Virus record (IMG/VR): IMGVR_UViG_3300025087_000034
Length of the DNA: 64,000 nt
DNA from: a virus
Lineage: Duplodnaviria > Caudoviricetes
Strand: one strand, 5' to 3'
The notes beneath the pieces were generated by a model. The model worked only from the letters and a program-made list of their open reading frames with translations. It was not told where the DNA came from and made no database searches. Shown here one piece after another: positions 9,798 to 18,386 of the stretch. Numbering within the stretch: position 1 is the stretch's first letter; each line of letters begins with the position of its first letter. The translations under genes and the position numbers were made by a program.

Positions 9798-10061
9798 ATG
9801 AAGTTCATAATCTCTGCAGCATCAAATAAGATTCCCATTTCTATAAGAAATAGGGTACAGGACATAAAAATAAGTAGTCGTAATAATGAATATGGCACAA
9901 TAGATATTGTTGATTTAGAGGACCTTTTGAGACTGTCTTCTTCACTTGGGGCTAGTTTAGTTGTAGGTAGATATATAGGGTTTGATGAAGAGACGGATAG
10001 AGTGAATGGTGGAATAGTTAGCACTATAGTAATCTATGACGACTATTTGGAGTTGGAGTAG
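9798..10061 (+). CDS. Hypothetical protein
   Basis: 87-aa ORF with GGAG SD. Confidence 0.55.
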   Translation: MKFIISAASNKIPISIRNRVQDIKISSRNNEYGTIDIVDLEDLLRLSSSLGASLVVGRYIGFDEETDRVNGGIVSTIVIYDDYLELE

Positions 10062-10179
10062 GAATACATCGAAATAGAAAATAATAATTGTCATTTTTTG
10101 TGGATTATTGTATTTATATAGTGTGTGGGGATGATGCTGGGTTGGTACCTTGTTCTTGTTGTAATTTTAGGGAGGTTTT

Positions 10180-10860
10180 ATGGACATAGAAAGAAAACAG
10201 GGCGTTTATATAACTGAGCACAAAAAATGGAATACTAAGAAAATTTTTAATAATGGTTGTAGAATGTGTACGTATAGGCACCAGCCCAAAGTCGTTGATT
10301 TTAACTATCCATTCATAAATGATAGGAACCAAGATTACTGTGGTGGATGGAGCATACATGGGGTTGATTATTCTAAAGAGGCCCAACTTATGCGTGTCAT
10401 TGAGGGTTTAAAACCATTCATATCTATTGCTATTGTGGCAGACTCAATAAAGGACCCATCAGGAAATGGCTATAAGGCTGTTTGGACGGATAAAAATGAA
10501 GCAGAAAAACAAAAACTATTTGATATAGCAGAAAAATATAACCATATAAAGTATGTAGGTAAAATGGGGGGAGGTTCTTCTAGCCTAGGTTTTTGGTATT
10601 TTTTTGAGGCTTGTTTTGATACAACCCTTGGTGAATTGGTAGGCCTACAAAAGTTAGAACAAGTTTATAGATCAAGCGGGATATTAGTCGAATGTGTGCA
10701 GAAGAAGGATAAGCCTCTTTCGGACTATTTCGACGAGTTTGATTGCCAGGGAAGCAATGGTTACATCGAGCCCTGGGAAACAGGTCTTGTACTTGGGTAT
10801 CCTATTGAAAATACTATATCTTGGTATTTAGAGTCCATACAATCTTTTGGAAGATATTAA
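10180..10860 (+). CDS. Hypothetical protein
   Basis: 226-aa ORF preceded by GGAGG. Confidence 0.6.
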   Translation: MDIERKQGVYITEHKKWNTKKIFNNGCRMCTYRHQPKVVDFNYPFINDRNQDYCGGWSIHGVDYSKEAQLMRVIEGLKPFISIAIVADSIKDPSGNGYKAVWTDKNEAEKQKLFDIAEKYNHIKYVGKMGGGSSSLGFWYFFEACFDTTLGELVGLQKLEQVYRSSGILVECVQKKDKPLSDYFDEFDCQGSNGYIEPWETGLVLGYPIENTISWYLESIQSFGRY

Positions 10861-10903
10861 AATAAGAAAGCTGTCTTGTAATAGAGTTTAATTTTTTTGG
10901 TCG

Positions 10904-11548
10904 GTGAAAAAAATAGAGGTTAAAAACAACAAGAAGAGGTGTTTTATGTTTCAACCAGGTGAAAACATTTCAGTCCCTTATGTATTAGATAATAAAGGAC
11001 AAGATAGAGTTTTTGACCTCTGGTCAAGACTTAATCAGGATAGAATAATTTTTCTGGGAGACAGAATAAATGACCATGTAGCTAATATTGTCGTAGCTCA
11101 AATGCTATATTTAGAGTCACAAAACCACGATGCTCCTATTTACCTTTATATAAATAGTCCCGGAGGTATTGTTACGAGTGGTTACGCTATTTTAGATGCT
11201 ATGAATTACATTACTCCAGAGGTGCACTGTACTTGTGTGGGACAAGCCTGTTCAATGGGGGCGGTTCTATTGGCTGCGGGGTCAAAAAGGTTTGCGCTTC
11301 CTAATAGTACAATTATGATACATCAGCCCTCCGGCGGTTTTTCCGGTCAAAGTACTGATATGCAAATACATGCAAATTATATACAAAAAATGAAAGAAAC
11401 CTTAACCAAGATAATGGCAGAAAATACAGGCCAATCATATGAAAAGGTCTATGCTGATATGGAACGAGACAACTTTATGAGTGCAGAAGAAGCTAAAGAG
11501 TATGGGATCGTTGATGAGGTCGTCTATAAGAGGCCGGTTATAGATTAA
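10904..11548 (+). CDS. clpP: ATP-dependent Clp protease proteolytic subunit; likely start ATG 10943
   Basis: [14 protein letters not shown] (Ser), IMIHQP (His), [11 protein letters not shown] (Asp): full triad. Confidence 0.97.
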   Translation: MKKIEVKNNKKRCFMFQPGENISVPYVLDNKGQDRVFDLWSRLNQDRIIFLGDRINDHVANIVVAQMLYLESQNHDAPIYLYINSPGGIVTSGYAILDAMNYITPEVHCTCVGQACSMGAVLLAAGSKRFALPNSTIMIHQPSGGFSGQSTDMQIHANYIQKMKETLTKIMAENTGQSYEKVYADMERDNFMSAEEAKEYGIVDEVVYKRPVID

Positions 11549-11551
11549 TAA

Positions 11552-11713
11552 ATGTATAAATTGACTTTAAAAGATCTACCACTACCTACTACAGAATATT
11601 ATTATGACTCAATAAGGGAATTAATGGATGACATCAACAATATACTATTGTTAAATGTTCCCTTTATAAATAATAGTTCTGAAATTATAATATCATGGGA
11701 AGAGGGTTTTTAG
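11552..11713 (+). CDS. Small hypothetical protein (53 aa, not in the ORF track)
   Basis: Open frame MYKLTLKDLPLPTTEYYYDS... fills the gap directly after clpP. Confidence 0.35.
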   Translation: MYKLTLKDLPLPTTEYYYDSIRELMDDINNILLLNVPFINNSSEIIISWEEGF

Positions 11714-11732
11714 GGGACGTCTTTTAGCGCGC

Positions 11733-11748
11733 AAAAAATTCTAGGTAT
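11733..11748 (+). promoter_or_regulatory. Copy 1 of intergenic motif RAAAAWTTYTAGGTAT
   Basis: AAAAAATTCTAGGTAT; two more copies at 16882 and 17719. Confidence 0.45.
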
Positions 11749-12229
11749 GTCATACAGGCTCGTTCCTTGTTGCTTTTTAGGAGAAAATATGGAGTGTACA
11801 AAAGGGTTGATTATTTCAGGTATAGAAGTAAAAGAACCTCTTGTATGGTGGGGTGGTACAGACTTACTTTTTGTCGGAAGTTTTTCTGGCGGGCCGAAAA
11901 AACTGTTCTACCAAATAAGTAAAGAGGTTTATAGTTTTGAACCAGAAAAACTATTTATGCTTAATGTAGTTGAACCTTTGGAGACCTTAGAAAATATTTC
12001 CTGTATTGAAGTATACCACTACCTTCTTTCAGATATAACAGAAGAAGAGGTAGACGAATTAATAGGTAATGAAATAACTCTATACGAAATCATGAGCAAA
12101 CCCAATAGTAAGAAACTAGTTATTGATGATCTCGGTTGTGTTTTTTCATTTGATAAGTTTAAGTTTGAGGACTTGCCCGAAAAACTAAAAATCAGATCCG
12201 ATGTGTATTTGACGGGGTTGGTAAATTAG
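11747..12229 (+). CDS. Hypothetical protein; likely start ATG 11789
   Basis: ORF with AGGAG SD before the internal ATG. Confidence 0.55.
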   Translation: MSYRLVPCCFLGENMECTKGLIISGIEVKEPLVWWGGTDLLFVGSFSGGPKKLFYQISKEVYSFEPEKLFMLNVVEPLETLENISCIEVYHYLLSDITEEEVDELIGNEITLYEIMSKPNSKKLVIDDLGCVFSFDKFKFEDLPEKLKIRSDVYLTGLVN

Positions 12230-12240
12230 GGGTAAGAAAT

Positions 12241-13056
12241 ATGGAATCTGATATAGTTTATAAAACGTGTAGTAAATGTAAAGAGACAAAACCAGTAGGG
12301 GAGTTTCATAAAAATAGGAGTAGGGTTGACGGGTATGCTCATAGGTGTAAACTATGTGTGAAACAGTATCAAATAGATAATGCAAAGGCTATAGCGAAGT
12401 ATAATAAGCAATACCAAATAGATAATGCAAAGGTTATAGCGGAGAATAAGAAGCAATATAGAATAGATAATGCAAAAGCTATTAAGCAATACAGAATAGA
12501 TAATGCAAAGGCTATAGCGGAGAATAAGAAGCAATATAGAATAGATAATGCAAAGGCTATAGCAGAGTATAAGAAGCAATACCAAATAGATAATGCAAAG
12601 GCTATAGCGGAGAATAATAAGCAATATAGAATAGATAATGCAACAGCTATAGCAGAGTATAAAAAGCAATACCAAATAGATAATGCAAAGGCTATAGCGG
12701 AACGTGAGAAGCAATATTTTAAGTCTCCTTCGGGTAGAAAAGCAGGCAAAGCTGCGCGTCAGAATCGTAGGGCTAGGAAAAAGAAAGCAGAGGGTAGGAT
12801 TACGAAAATAGTAATACAACAGATAGAAGAAAGTAATATTTTGAAGTATGGGGAATTAACTTGTGTTTACTGCGGTGTGGTTGTGCACAATAATTACCAT
12901 CTAGAACATAAAATCCCTCTTGCACGAGGTGGAGATAATACGATAGAGAACTTAACTATAACATGTCCAACATGTAATATGAGGAAGCACACAAGAACAG
13001 ACGAGGAATTTTTGGTTCTTCTACAAGAAGAAAATACAAAAGGAGATAAAAAATAA
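12241..13056 (+). CDS. HNH endonuclease with N-terminal Zn finger and 15-aa tandem repeat linker
   Basis: CSKC...CKLC; KQY(Q/R)IDNAKAIAExx repeats; CVYC...HLEHKIPLARGGDNTIENL...CPTCN. Confidence 0.9.
   Translation: MESDIVYKTCSKCKETKPVGEFHKNRSRVDGYAHRCKLCVKQYQIDNAKAIAKYNKQYQIDNAKVIAENKKQYRIDNAKAIKQYRIDNAKAIAENKKQYRIDNAKAIAEYKKQYQIDNAKAIAENNKQYRIDNATAIAEYKKQYQIDNAKAIAEREKQYFKSPSGRKAGKAARQNRRARKKKAEGRITKIVIQQIEESNILKYGELTCVYCGVVVHNNYHLEHKIPLARGGDNTIENLTITCPTCNMRKHTRTDEEFLVLLQEENTKGDKK
12361..12716 (+). repeat. About eight 45-bp coding tandem repeats, one truncated
   Basis: AAGCAATA(C/T)..AATAGATAATGCAAAGGCTATAGC recurring. Confidence 0.9.
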
Positions 13057-13325
13057 TGGTAAAGACACCTTGGCGATATTCCGAAGTTGAGCTTTTGATA
13101 GAGAACTATGAAACAAAAACAACAGACGAGCTAATGGAGTTGATTCCTAATAAAACAAGAAAGGCTATCAATAGGAAAGTTGAGGAGCTTAGAGCAGAAG
13201 GTACTATTGGGTATAGAGATAGCCGTACAGTTAAGAGGGCGTATCGTCAGAGAGGTAAGTCTGGTAGGCCTACTAAGGACAACGGTGGGGGCCTATCGTC
13301 ACCATTAGATTATGAGGAAGTATAG
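13056..13325 (+). CDS. Small Myb/SANT-like helix-turn-helix protein
   Basis: PWRYSEVELLIENY...L.PNKTRKAI..K pattern. Confidence 0.5.
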   Translation: MVKTPWRYSEVELLIENYETKTTDELMELIPNKTRKAINRKVEELRAEGTIGYRDSRTVKRAYRQRGKSGRPTKDNGGGLSSPLDYEEV

Positions 13326-13844
13326 TTGGATCAAAAACAGATAGATAAATGGCTAACAAAAAAGAAAGCCTCTTCTCAATACTGGCAGATTAAGAATTTA
13401 TTTAAGGGTTTACGTTTAAAGTACAAAGAAGAAGGAAAAAATACTGAGTTTTATGCCCTAACTGTTCCTTTATTTGGTCTAAAAGTTAGATTTTCGGGTG
13501 TGTCGTTACCGAATGAATTAGGATGGGAGGTATTTTTTGTGCCGCCAGAGAAATTAGAGAATAGGGGCGAAGTGGAAGGGATACGTGAGAGTATATTTTG
13601 GTTTTTAGTTCAAGCTGGTTACTTCGCATATATAAGAGAAATAGAAGGGGGCGCTTATACCAATATATTTACTTCCTTATTAATAACACAGGGATGGGCT
13701 GAGAAAATTATGCGTAAAAGGGTCGAGTTGTGCGGTAAAGAGCCCTGTAAAAATTTTATGAAGGTACGGACCGAAGAATTTTTGGGCATGTCTGTTAATA
13801 AAATACTTGCGTATTCTCCTGGTTTTTTTGATTATCTAATGTAG
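13326..13844 (+). CDS. Hypothetical protein
   Basis: 172-aa ORF abutting both neighbours. Confidence 0.55.
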   Translation: MDQKQIDKWLTKKKASSQYWQIKNLFKGLRLKYKEEGKNTEFYALTVPLFGLKVRFSGVSLPNELGWEVFFVPPEKLENRGEVEGIRESIFWFLVQAGYFAYIREIEGGAYTNIFTSLLITQGWAEKIMRKRVELCGKEPCKNFMKVRTEEFLGMSVNKILAYSPGFFDYLM

Positions 13845-13852
13845 GAGGGCAC

Positions 13853-14404
13853 ATGGCGTTTTTAGTTGTAGGTTTATGTTTAGTTTTAGTTTTTGTTATT
13901 AATATGTTTTTTTCCGCGCGAAAAAAACTAATCACTACAACAAACAAGCTATCCAATATGCAGTCTACAATAGATGAACTAAGAAGTGGGAATGAGTTAA
14001 ATAATAAGATGATGGTACAGCTTAGCTATACTTTAGGAAAAAGTAGAGAGGCTTTCGACGAGTTGGAGAGTTCGGCCAGTAAAACCACACAAGAAAGAAA
14101 CGTATTGGATGAATTATATAGGAAAGAAAGAGGTAGAAATAAATCCATAGAGGTTAGAACCGGCCAGATTATGGAAAAAATGGTTCCATTATTAGATATA
14201 TTTGAGGAGGACCACGAAAATGCATATTTTATGGGTCAACCTATTGATTATATTATATATTCCGAAGATAAAGTAGTATTTTTAGAGGTAAAAACAGGAG
14301 GGGCACAACTTACCACAAAACAAAGAAAAATTCGGGATTTGATAAATGATAAGAAGGTAGAGTTTAGGGTAGTTAGGATTAAACCAGAGGAGGAGGAAAG
14401 CTAG
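13853..14404 (+). CDS. Membrane-anchored Holliday-junction-resolvase-like endonuclease (Endonuc_Holl type)
   Basis: N-terminal TM helix, coiled coil, GQIMEKMVP..FMGQPIDYI..VFLEVKTG (PD-ExK). Confidence 0.75.
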   Translation: MAFLVVGLCLVLVFVINMFFSARKKLITTTNKLSNMQSTIDELRSGNELNNKMMVQLSYTLGKSREAFDELESSASKTTQERNVLDELYRKERGRNKSIEVRTGQIMEKMVPLLDIFEEDHENAYFMGQPIDYIIYSEDKVVFLEVKTGGAQLTTKQRKIRDLINDKKVEFRVVRIKPEEEES

Positions 14405-14405
14405 G

Positions 14406-14810
14406 ATGTGGGTACCAGAAGATATAAAGGGAACATTAGAATCTACGGGGGAATTAAATAAAAGGATAATAGAGTTAGAACAAAAGGTAGCTGAGTTAGA
14501 AGTCAAACTAGCTAGTAAGGATACTCTTGTACTAAGAAAACAAGAGATAGATAAAACGACGATACCAATAGATTCTAGTTTAAAGGTAAACAGCAAAAAG
14601 GAACTTATGGAGCAAGCTAGTCAGGAGTTAACAATAACTTCTTCAGGCGAGCAGCCAAGCTATGGTTCAGAGGACGAGTGGTTTGGGCAGGGTAGGAGGA
14701 CTTCTTACCGTCCTTATCAAGAATCTGAAGCTAGGACTAGGACATTGTGTGATATAGTAGAAGACCCGGGGGGTTGGCCCGATGACATAGCTGATTTTTT
14801 AGGTTTTTAA
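14406..14810 (+). CDS. Hypothetical coiled-coil protein
   Basis: 134-aa ORF with heptad-rich N-terminus. Confidence 0.5.
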   Translation: MWVPEDIKGTLESTGELNKRIIELEQKVAELEVKLASKDTLVLRKQEIDKTTIPIDSSLKVNSKKELMEQASQELTITSSGEQPSYGSEDEWFGQGRRTSYRPYQESEARTRTLCDIVEDPGGWPDDIADFLGF

Positions 14811-14838
14811 GTAACAAGATTAAGGAGTATTAATAACT

Positions 14839-15534
14839 ATGAATTCTAGGATAAAACTTTTGTGGGCAACTCCCGATTGTGAGTATCAGATTGTGAGAAG
14901 CACTCGTATTTGTTGGGACAGTGGGGAGGAGTCAGACAGCCGTTGGGTACAAACAGATGACTATAGAAAGCTAATGGTGGAGAAGCAAATGACCCTTGGG
15001 GTTCCCTTATTTGAAGTAAAATTGGGCTCAAAGGACGAAGCTCTCCTTAGAAAGATTATGTCAAACCAACACAACACTTGCCTTCGTTTTGCTAGTGCAG
15101 CTTTTCATATAGAGGGTATTTCTCGTGTGTGTTCACACCAATTGGTTAGAATAGCAAACTTTGGTTTACTACAAAGGTCTCAACGTTATTGTTTAGAAGA
15201 CGGGACAGGGTTTATTTTGCCAACTTCCTTAGAGTTCGACGACGAAGTTTTGGAATTTAATAAGGCGGCAGAAAACCTGTATAGGAAATTAATAGCTAAT
15301 GGTGTTAAGGAGGAGGACGCCAGGTATGTTTTACCATCCTCATCTTCTACACAACTAGATATGACCTCAAATTTCCAGGGATGGAAACACTTTTTGAGTA
15401 TTCGCCTTGCAAAGAAGGTTCAGTATGAGACACGCTTGGTGGCTGCAAAACTATGTCAAGAGTTATATAAGCTAGCCCCCATAGTGTTTGAAGAAGACTA
15501 TAACAAACTTGACAAGATAAGTTTAGGAGACTAA
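14839..15534 (+). CDS. thyX: Flavin-dependent thymidylate synthase with a divergent signature motif
   Basis: FHIEGISRVCSHQLVR...SQRY, EEDARYVLP, HFLSIR, QYETR; the RHRxxS motif reads RIANFG. Confidence 0.85.
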   Translation: MNSRIKLLWATPDCEYQIVRSTRICWDSGEESDSRWVQTDDYRKLMVEKQMTLGVPLFEVKLGSKDEALLRKIMSNQHNTCLRFASAAFHIEGISRVCSHQLVRIANFGLLQRSQRYCLEDGTGFILPTSLEFDDEVLEFNKAAENLYRKLIANGVKEEDARYVLPSSSSTQLDMTSNFQGWKHFLSIRLAKKVQYETRLVAAKLCQELYKLAPIVFEEDYNKLDKISLGD

Positions 15535-15600
15535 AAATGGATACTAATGAGAGGGTGGAATTCAACATTAGTCGTGTACGTACACTCGCGTAGGTGATTT

Positions 15601-15816
15601 TTGTTCTCCGAAAAAAAATATGAAATAGAGTATTATGCAGAACCATTATGTGAATGTTTTAAATGTTCAAATATACACTTACGTAAAGATAGAACTAAAA
15701 AGGCTCTAAATAGCGGTAAGTTCTTATGTATTTATTTGTGCCCAAAATGTGGTGCTGAGAAGTACCTTTGGGTAGGGGATAAAATTCTTAAGAGGAGGGC
15801 GCAAAGTGGAGACTAG
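15601..15816 (+). CDS. Small zinc-ribbon protein
   Basis: CFKC...CPKCG. Confidence 0.45.
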   Translation: MFSEKKYEIEYYAEPLCECFKCSNIHLRKDRTKKALNSGKFLCIYLCPKCGAEKYLWVGDKILKRRAQSGD

Positions 15817-16258
15817 GCCGGTATTTAAGGTGTGGAAGCTATCTGAGGGTTCTAAAATACCCATTCAAGCACATGATACAGATACAGGATGGGATGTTTG
15901 TGCTGAGGTGGATTTTATTTTGCCGCCGAAAAAACTTTCTGCCGTTCCTTTGGGTATTGTTGTTAAGGCTCCAGAGGGATATTATATAGAACTATACCCA
16001 AGAAGTTCTCTATTTAAGAAACATAAATGTGTTTTAGCTAATTCTGTAGGAATAGTAGATGGTTCTTTTTCTGGACCTAATGATAAGTTGATGGCTCTAT
16101 TGTATAATACATCTTCTGAGCTCCAACATATAGAGGCTGGAGAGCGCATTCTTCAGATGGTCCCCAGAAAAAGGTTGGACATTGATTTGTGGGACATGAC
16201 AGGACAACCCTTTGAGACCGGGGACCGTGGGGGTCTTGGTTCGACAGGAGAGAAATAA
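15806..16258 (+). CDS. dut: Trimeric dUTPase
   Basis: GWDV, PRSS, GIVD, GERILQM, RGGLGSTG motifs. Confidence 0.93.
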   Translation: METRPVFKVWKLSEGSKIPIQAHDTDTGWDVCAEVDFILPPKKLSAVPLGIVVKAPEGYYIELYPRSSLFKKHKCVLANSVGIVDGSFSGPNDKLMALLYNTSSELQHIEAGERILQMVPRKRLDIDLWDMTGQPFETGDRGGLGSTGEK

Positions 16259-16638
16259 TGACTATAGAAACACTGAATAAGCTGTTGGACGCAATGACAG
16301 ATTTAAGTGCTATAAATGTAAGATTGAAAGATGAGGAGCTAACTCTTGTCCTTCTTGATTTGTCCTCCATTATGATTGAGGAATTAAAGGCCTATGTTCC
16401 TGGTAAGTTGGAGACTGCTTTAACTGAGCCAGGGCAATGTTGGCAGTGCGGCCCGTATAAGATTTTCAATACGGCTGAGCCCCAAAACCAGGACCCTTGT
16501 CGTTATATTCCTACTGTGTGGAGTGAAGCTGCCGGAGGTTGGCTCAGTACCTTACGGTATGTTGATAACACGGAAAAGGTCGAGGGTACAGACCTATTAG
16601 ACTATACTCATACGGAAACAAAGTCCGATGGCAAATAA
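16258..16638 (+). CDS. Hypothetical protein
   Basis: 126-aa ORF with TAATG coupling to dut. Confidence 0.55.
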   Translation: MTIETLNKLLDAMTDLSAINVRLKDEELTLVLLDLSSIMIEELKAYVPGKLETALTEPGQCWQCGPYKIFNTAEPQNQDPCRYIPTVWSEAAGGWLSTLRYVDNTEKVEGTDLLDYTHTETKSDGK

Positions 16639-16867
16639 GCCTGTTCGTGTTTCAAATTCTGTAGCTATTAATATAGTTCCCCCAAAGGGGTTTTCTTTGA
16701 GTGGTGATACTAAAGTAGTATCAGAAGAACAAAAAAGCCCGCCAGAAGAAGAAATACTTACTCAACTATACAACCATTTAGAGCGACTAGAAAATTTAAA
16801 ACAAGATACAATAAAATTAATTGGTATGGTAAAGAAAAAATTTGGTTGTTCTAATTGTGATAAATAG
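16628..16867 (+). CDS. Hypothetical protein
   Basis: 79-aa ORF overlapping the upstream stop. Confidence 0.45.
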   Translation: MANKPVRVSNSVAINIVPPKGFSLSGDTKVVSEEQKSPPEEEILTQLYNHLERLENLKQDTIKLIGMVKKKFGCSNCDK

Positions 16868-16881
16868 ATTTTTAGAGGCCT

Positions 16882-16897
16882 GAAAAATTTTAGGTAT
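16882..16897 (+). promoter_or_regulatory. Copy 2 of motif RAAAAWTTYTAGGTAT
   Basis: GAAAAATTTTAGGTAT, 15 nt after a stop codon. Confidence 0.45.
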
Positions 16898-16975
16898 GCC
16901 ACGAGGGATCGTTCCTTAGTCGTCGAAAGGCTGTTTCAAAGGGCACGATGTTAGGTTAGCTAGGAGATATAGATA

Positions 16976-17704
16976 GTGGAATCTGGTATAGTTTATAAAA
17001 AATGTAGTAAGTGTAAGGAAGTAAAGCCTATCGAGGAGTTTCATAATGATAAGACTCGCGCTGATGGGCATAGGAACTGGTGTAGAATATGCGCTGTGAA
17101 ACATAGAAGACAGTATTACAAAGATAATAAAGATGCCATAGCCCAATATTACGAAGATAATAAAGAGGCTATAGCTAAGTATGGTAGGCAATATCGCAAA
17201 GATAATAAAGATATCGTAGCAGAGCGGAACAAGCAATATTACGAAGGTAATAAAGATACCATAGCAGAGAAGCATAAGCAATATTACGAAGGTAATAAAG
17301 ATACCATAGCAGAACGGAAAAAGCAATATTACGAAGGTAATAAAGATACCATAGCAGAGAAGCATAAGCGGTATTATAAAACTTTTTTAGGTAGGAAAGC
17401 GATAAAAGCAGGCAGCCAAAATCGTAGAGCCAGGAAAAAGAAAGCTGAAGGTAAGATTACTAAAACAGTAGTGCTGCAGGTGGAAGAAAATAATAGACAA
17501 GAGTATGGTAAGTTAGCTTGTGTTTATTGTGGAGCGGCTGTTTCCGATGATTACCATTTAGATCATAGAGTGCCTCTAGCACGGGGCGGGGATAATACAA
17601 TAGAAAACCTGGCTATAGCTTGTCCAACATGTAATCTTAGAAAACATACAAAAACAGATGAGGAATTTTTAGAAGAACTCCAAAAATATCCCCCAAATAA
17701 TTAG
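16976..17704 (+). CDS. HNH endonuclease paralog with 15-aa repeat linker
   Basis: Same MESxIVYKxCSKCKE start and HxVPLARGGDNTIENL..CPTCN end as the 12241 gene; KQYYEGNKDTIAExx repeats. Confidence 0.9.
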   Translation: MESGIVYKKCSKCKEVKPIEEFHNDKTRADGHRNWCRICAVKHRRQYYKDNKDAIAQYYEDNKEAIAKYGRQYRKDNKDIVAERNKQYYEGNKDTIAEKHKQYYEGNKDTIAERKKQYYEGNKDTIAEKHKRYYKTFLGRKAIKAGSQNRRARKKKAEGKITKTVVLQVEENNRQEYGKLACVYCGAAVSDDYHLDHRVPLARGGDNTIENLAIACPTCNLRKHTKTDEEFLEELQKYPPNN

Positions 17705-17718
17705 GGCGGGGTTTTCTG

Positions 17719-17734
17719 GAAAATTTCTAGGTAT
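17719..17734 (+). promoter_or_regulatory. Copy 3 of motif RAAAAWTTYTAGGTAT
   Basis: GAAAATTTCTAGGTAT, 15 nt after the HNH stop. Confidence 0.45.
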
Positions 17735-17740
17735 CATTCG

Positions 17741-18265
17741 TTGGCGAGGGTTTCTTTCGTGCGCGCAGGAAAGGTTTTTTATTGGACCAACCATAAAACG
17801 AGAACAACAAGTAGAAAAATCCAGAGGGTCTTTCGACGGTCGGTTTGGAAAAAAAGAAGAGGAACGAGGTGTTCTATCTACTGTTTTTCAGATAAGGAGG
17901 GCATAATGCAGGATATTGAGATTAGACCAAAGAAAAGGGCACTAAGAAGACAACAGAAAAAACGTATGAAAGGAAGAGCTAAGAAGGTAGGGAAGCTGTG
18001 GGGTATAAAAGAAGACGAACTAGACGAATTTGCAGGCAAATTCTGTAACAATATAAAAAGGTGTTCTTGTTGGGCATGTGGGAATTTGAGAAAGTATCTA
18101 GGTGAGGAAACTAAGCAGGAGAGACTAGCAAGGTTGAAAGAAGCAGAAGAATTACCAGACAAAGAAGAGGACAATAGATTGGAGGAGTGGTATTGGCTAC
18201 TAGATCTAGAAAAATTCGAGGATGATGATCTTATGGGGGTTTTTAATTGGGAAAAAGTCTTGTAG
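17741..18265 (+). CDS. Hypothetical basic protein; likely start ATG 17906
   Basis: AAGGAGG SD before MQDIEIRPKK; CSCWACGN motif. Confidence 0.55.
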   Translation: MARVSFVRAGKVFYWTNHKTRTTSRKIQRVFRRSVWKKRRGTRCSIYCFSDKEGIMQDIEIRPKKRALRRQQKKRMKGRAKKVGKLWGIKEDELDEFAGKFCNNIKRCSCWACGNLRKYLGEETKQERLARLKEAEELPDKEEDNRLEEWYWLLDLEKFEDDDLMGVFNWEKVL

Positions 18266-18386
18266 ATAGGTAGATACTAAGGGGATTTATGAGGGGCATA
18301 CAAAGAAGGACAAGCGGAATAATTAGTTAGGTAAGTCTATTTGTTCAGTGGTTTTTTTGTCTCCACAGGCATGTATAATTTTTGTT

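Noticed and set aside
12361-12716. CRISPR array
   Set aside because: Repeats are contiguous, in frame and coding, with no unique spacers and no cas genes.
16898-16960. Riboswitch upstream of the second HNH gene
   Set aside because: Only weak pairing and no recognisable consensus.
12352-17365. Antisense ORFs with hydrophobic repeats (12352-12819, 12369-12749, 16916-17365)
   Set aside because: Shadows of the 45-bp repeats on the opposite strand of the HNH genes.
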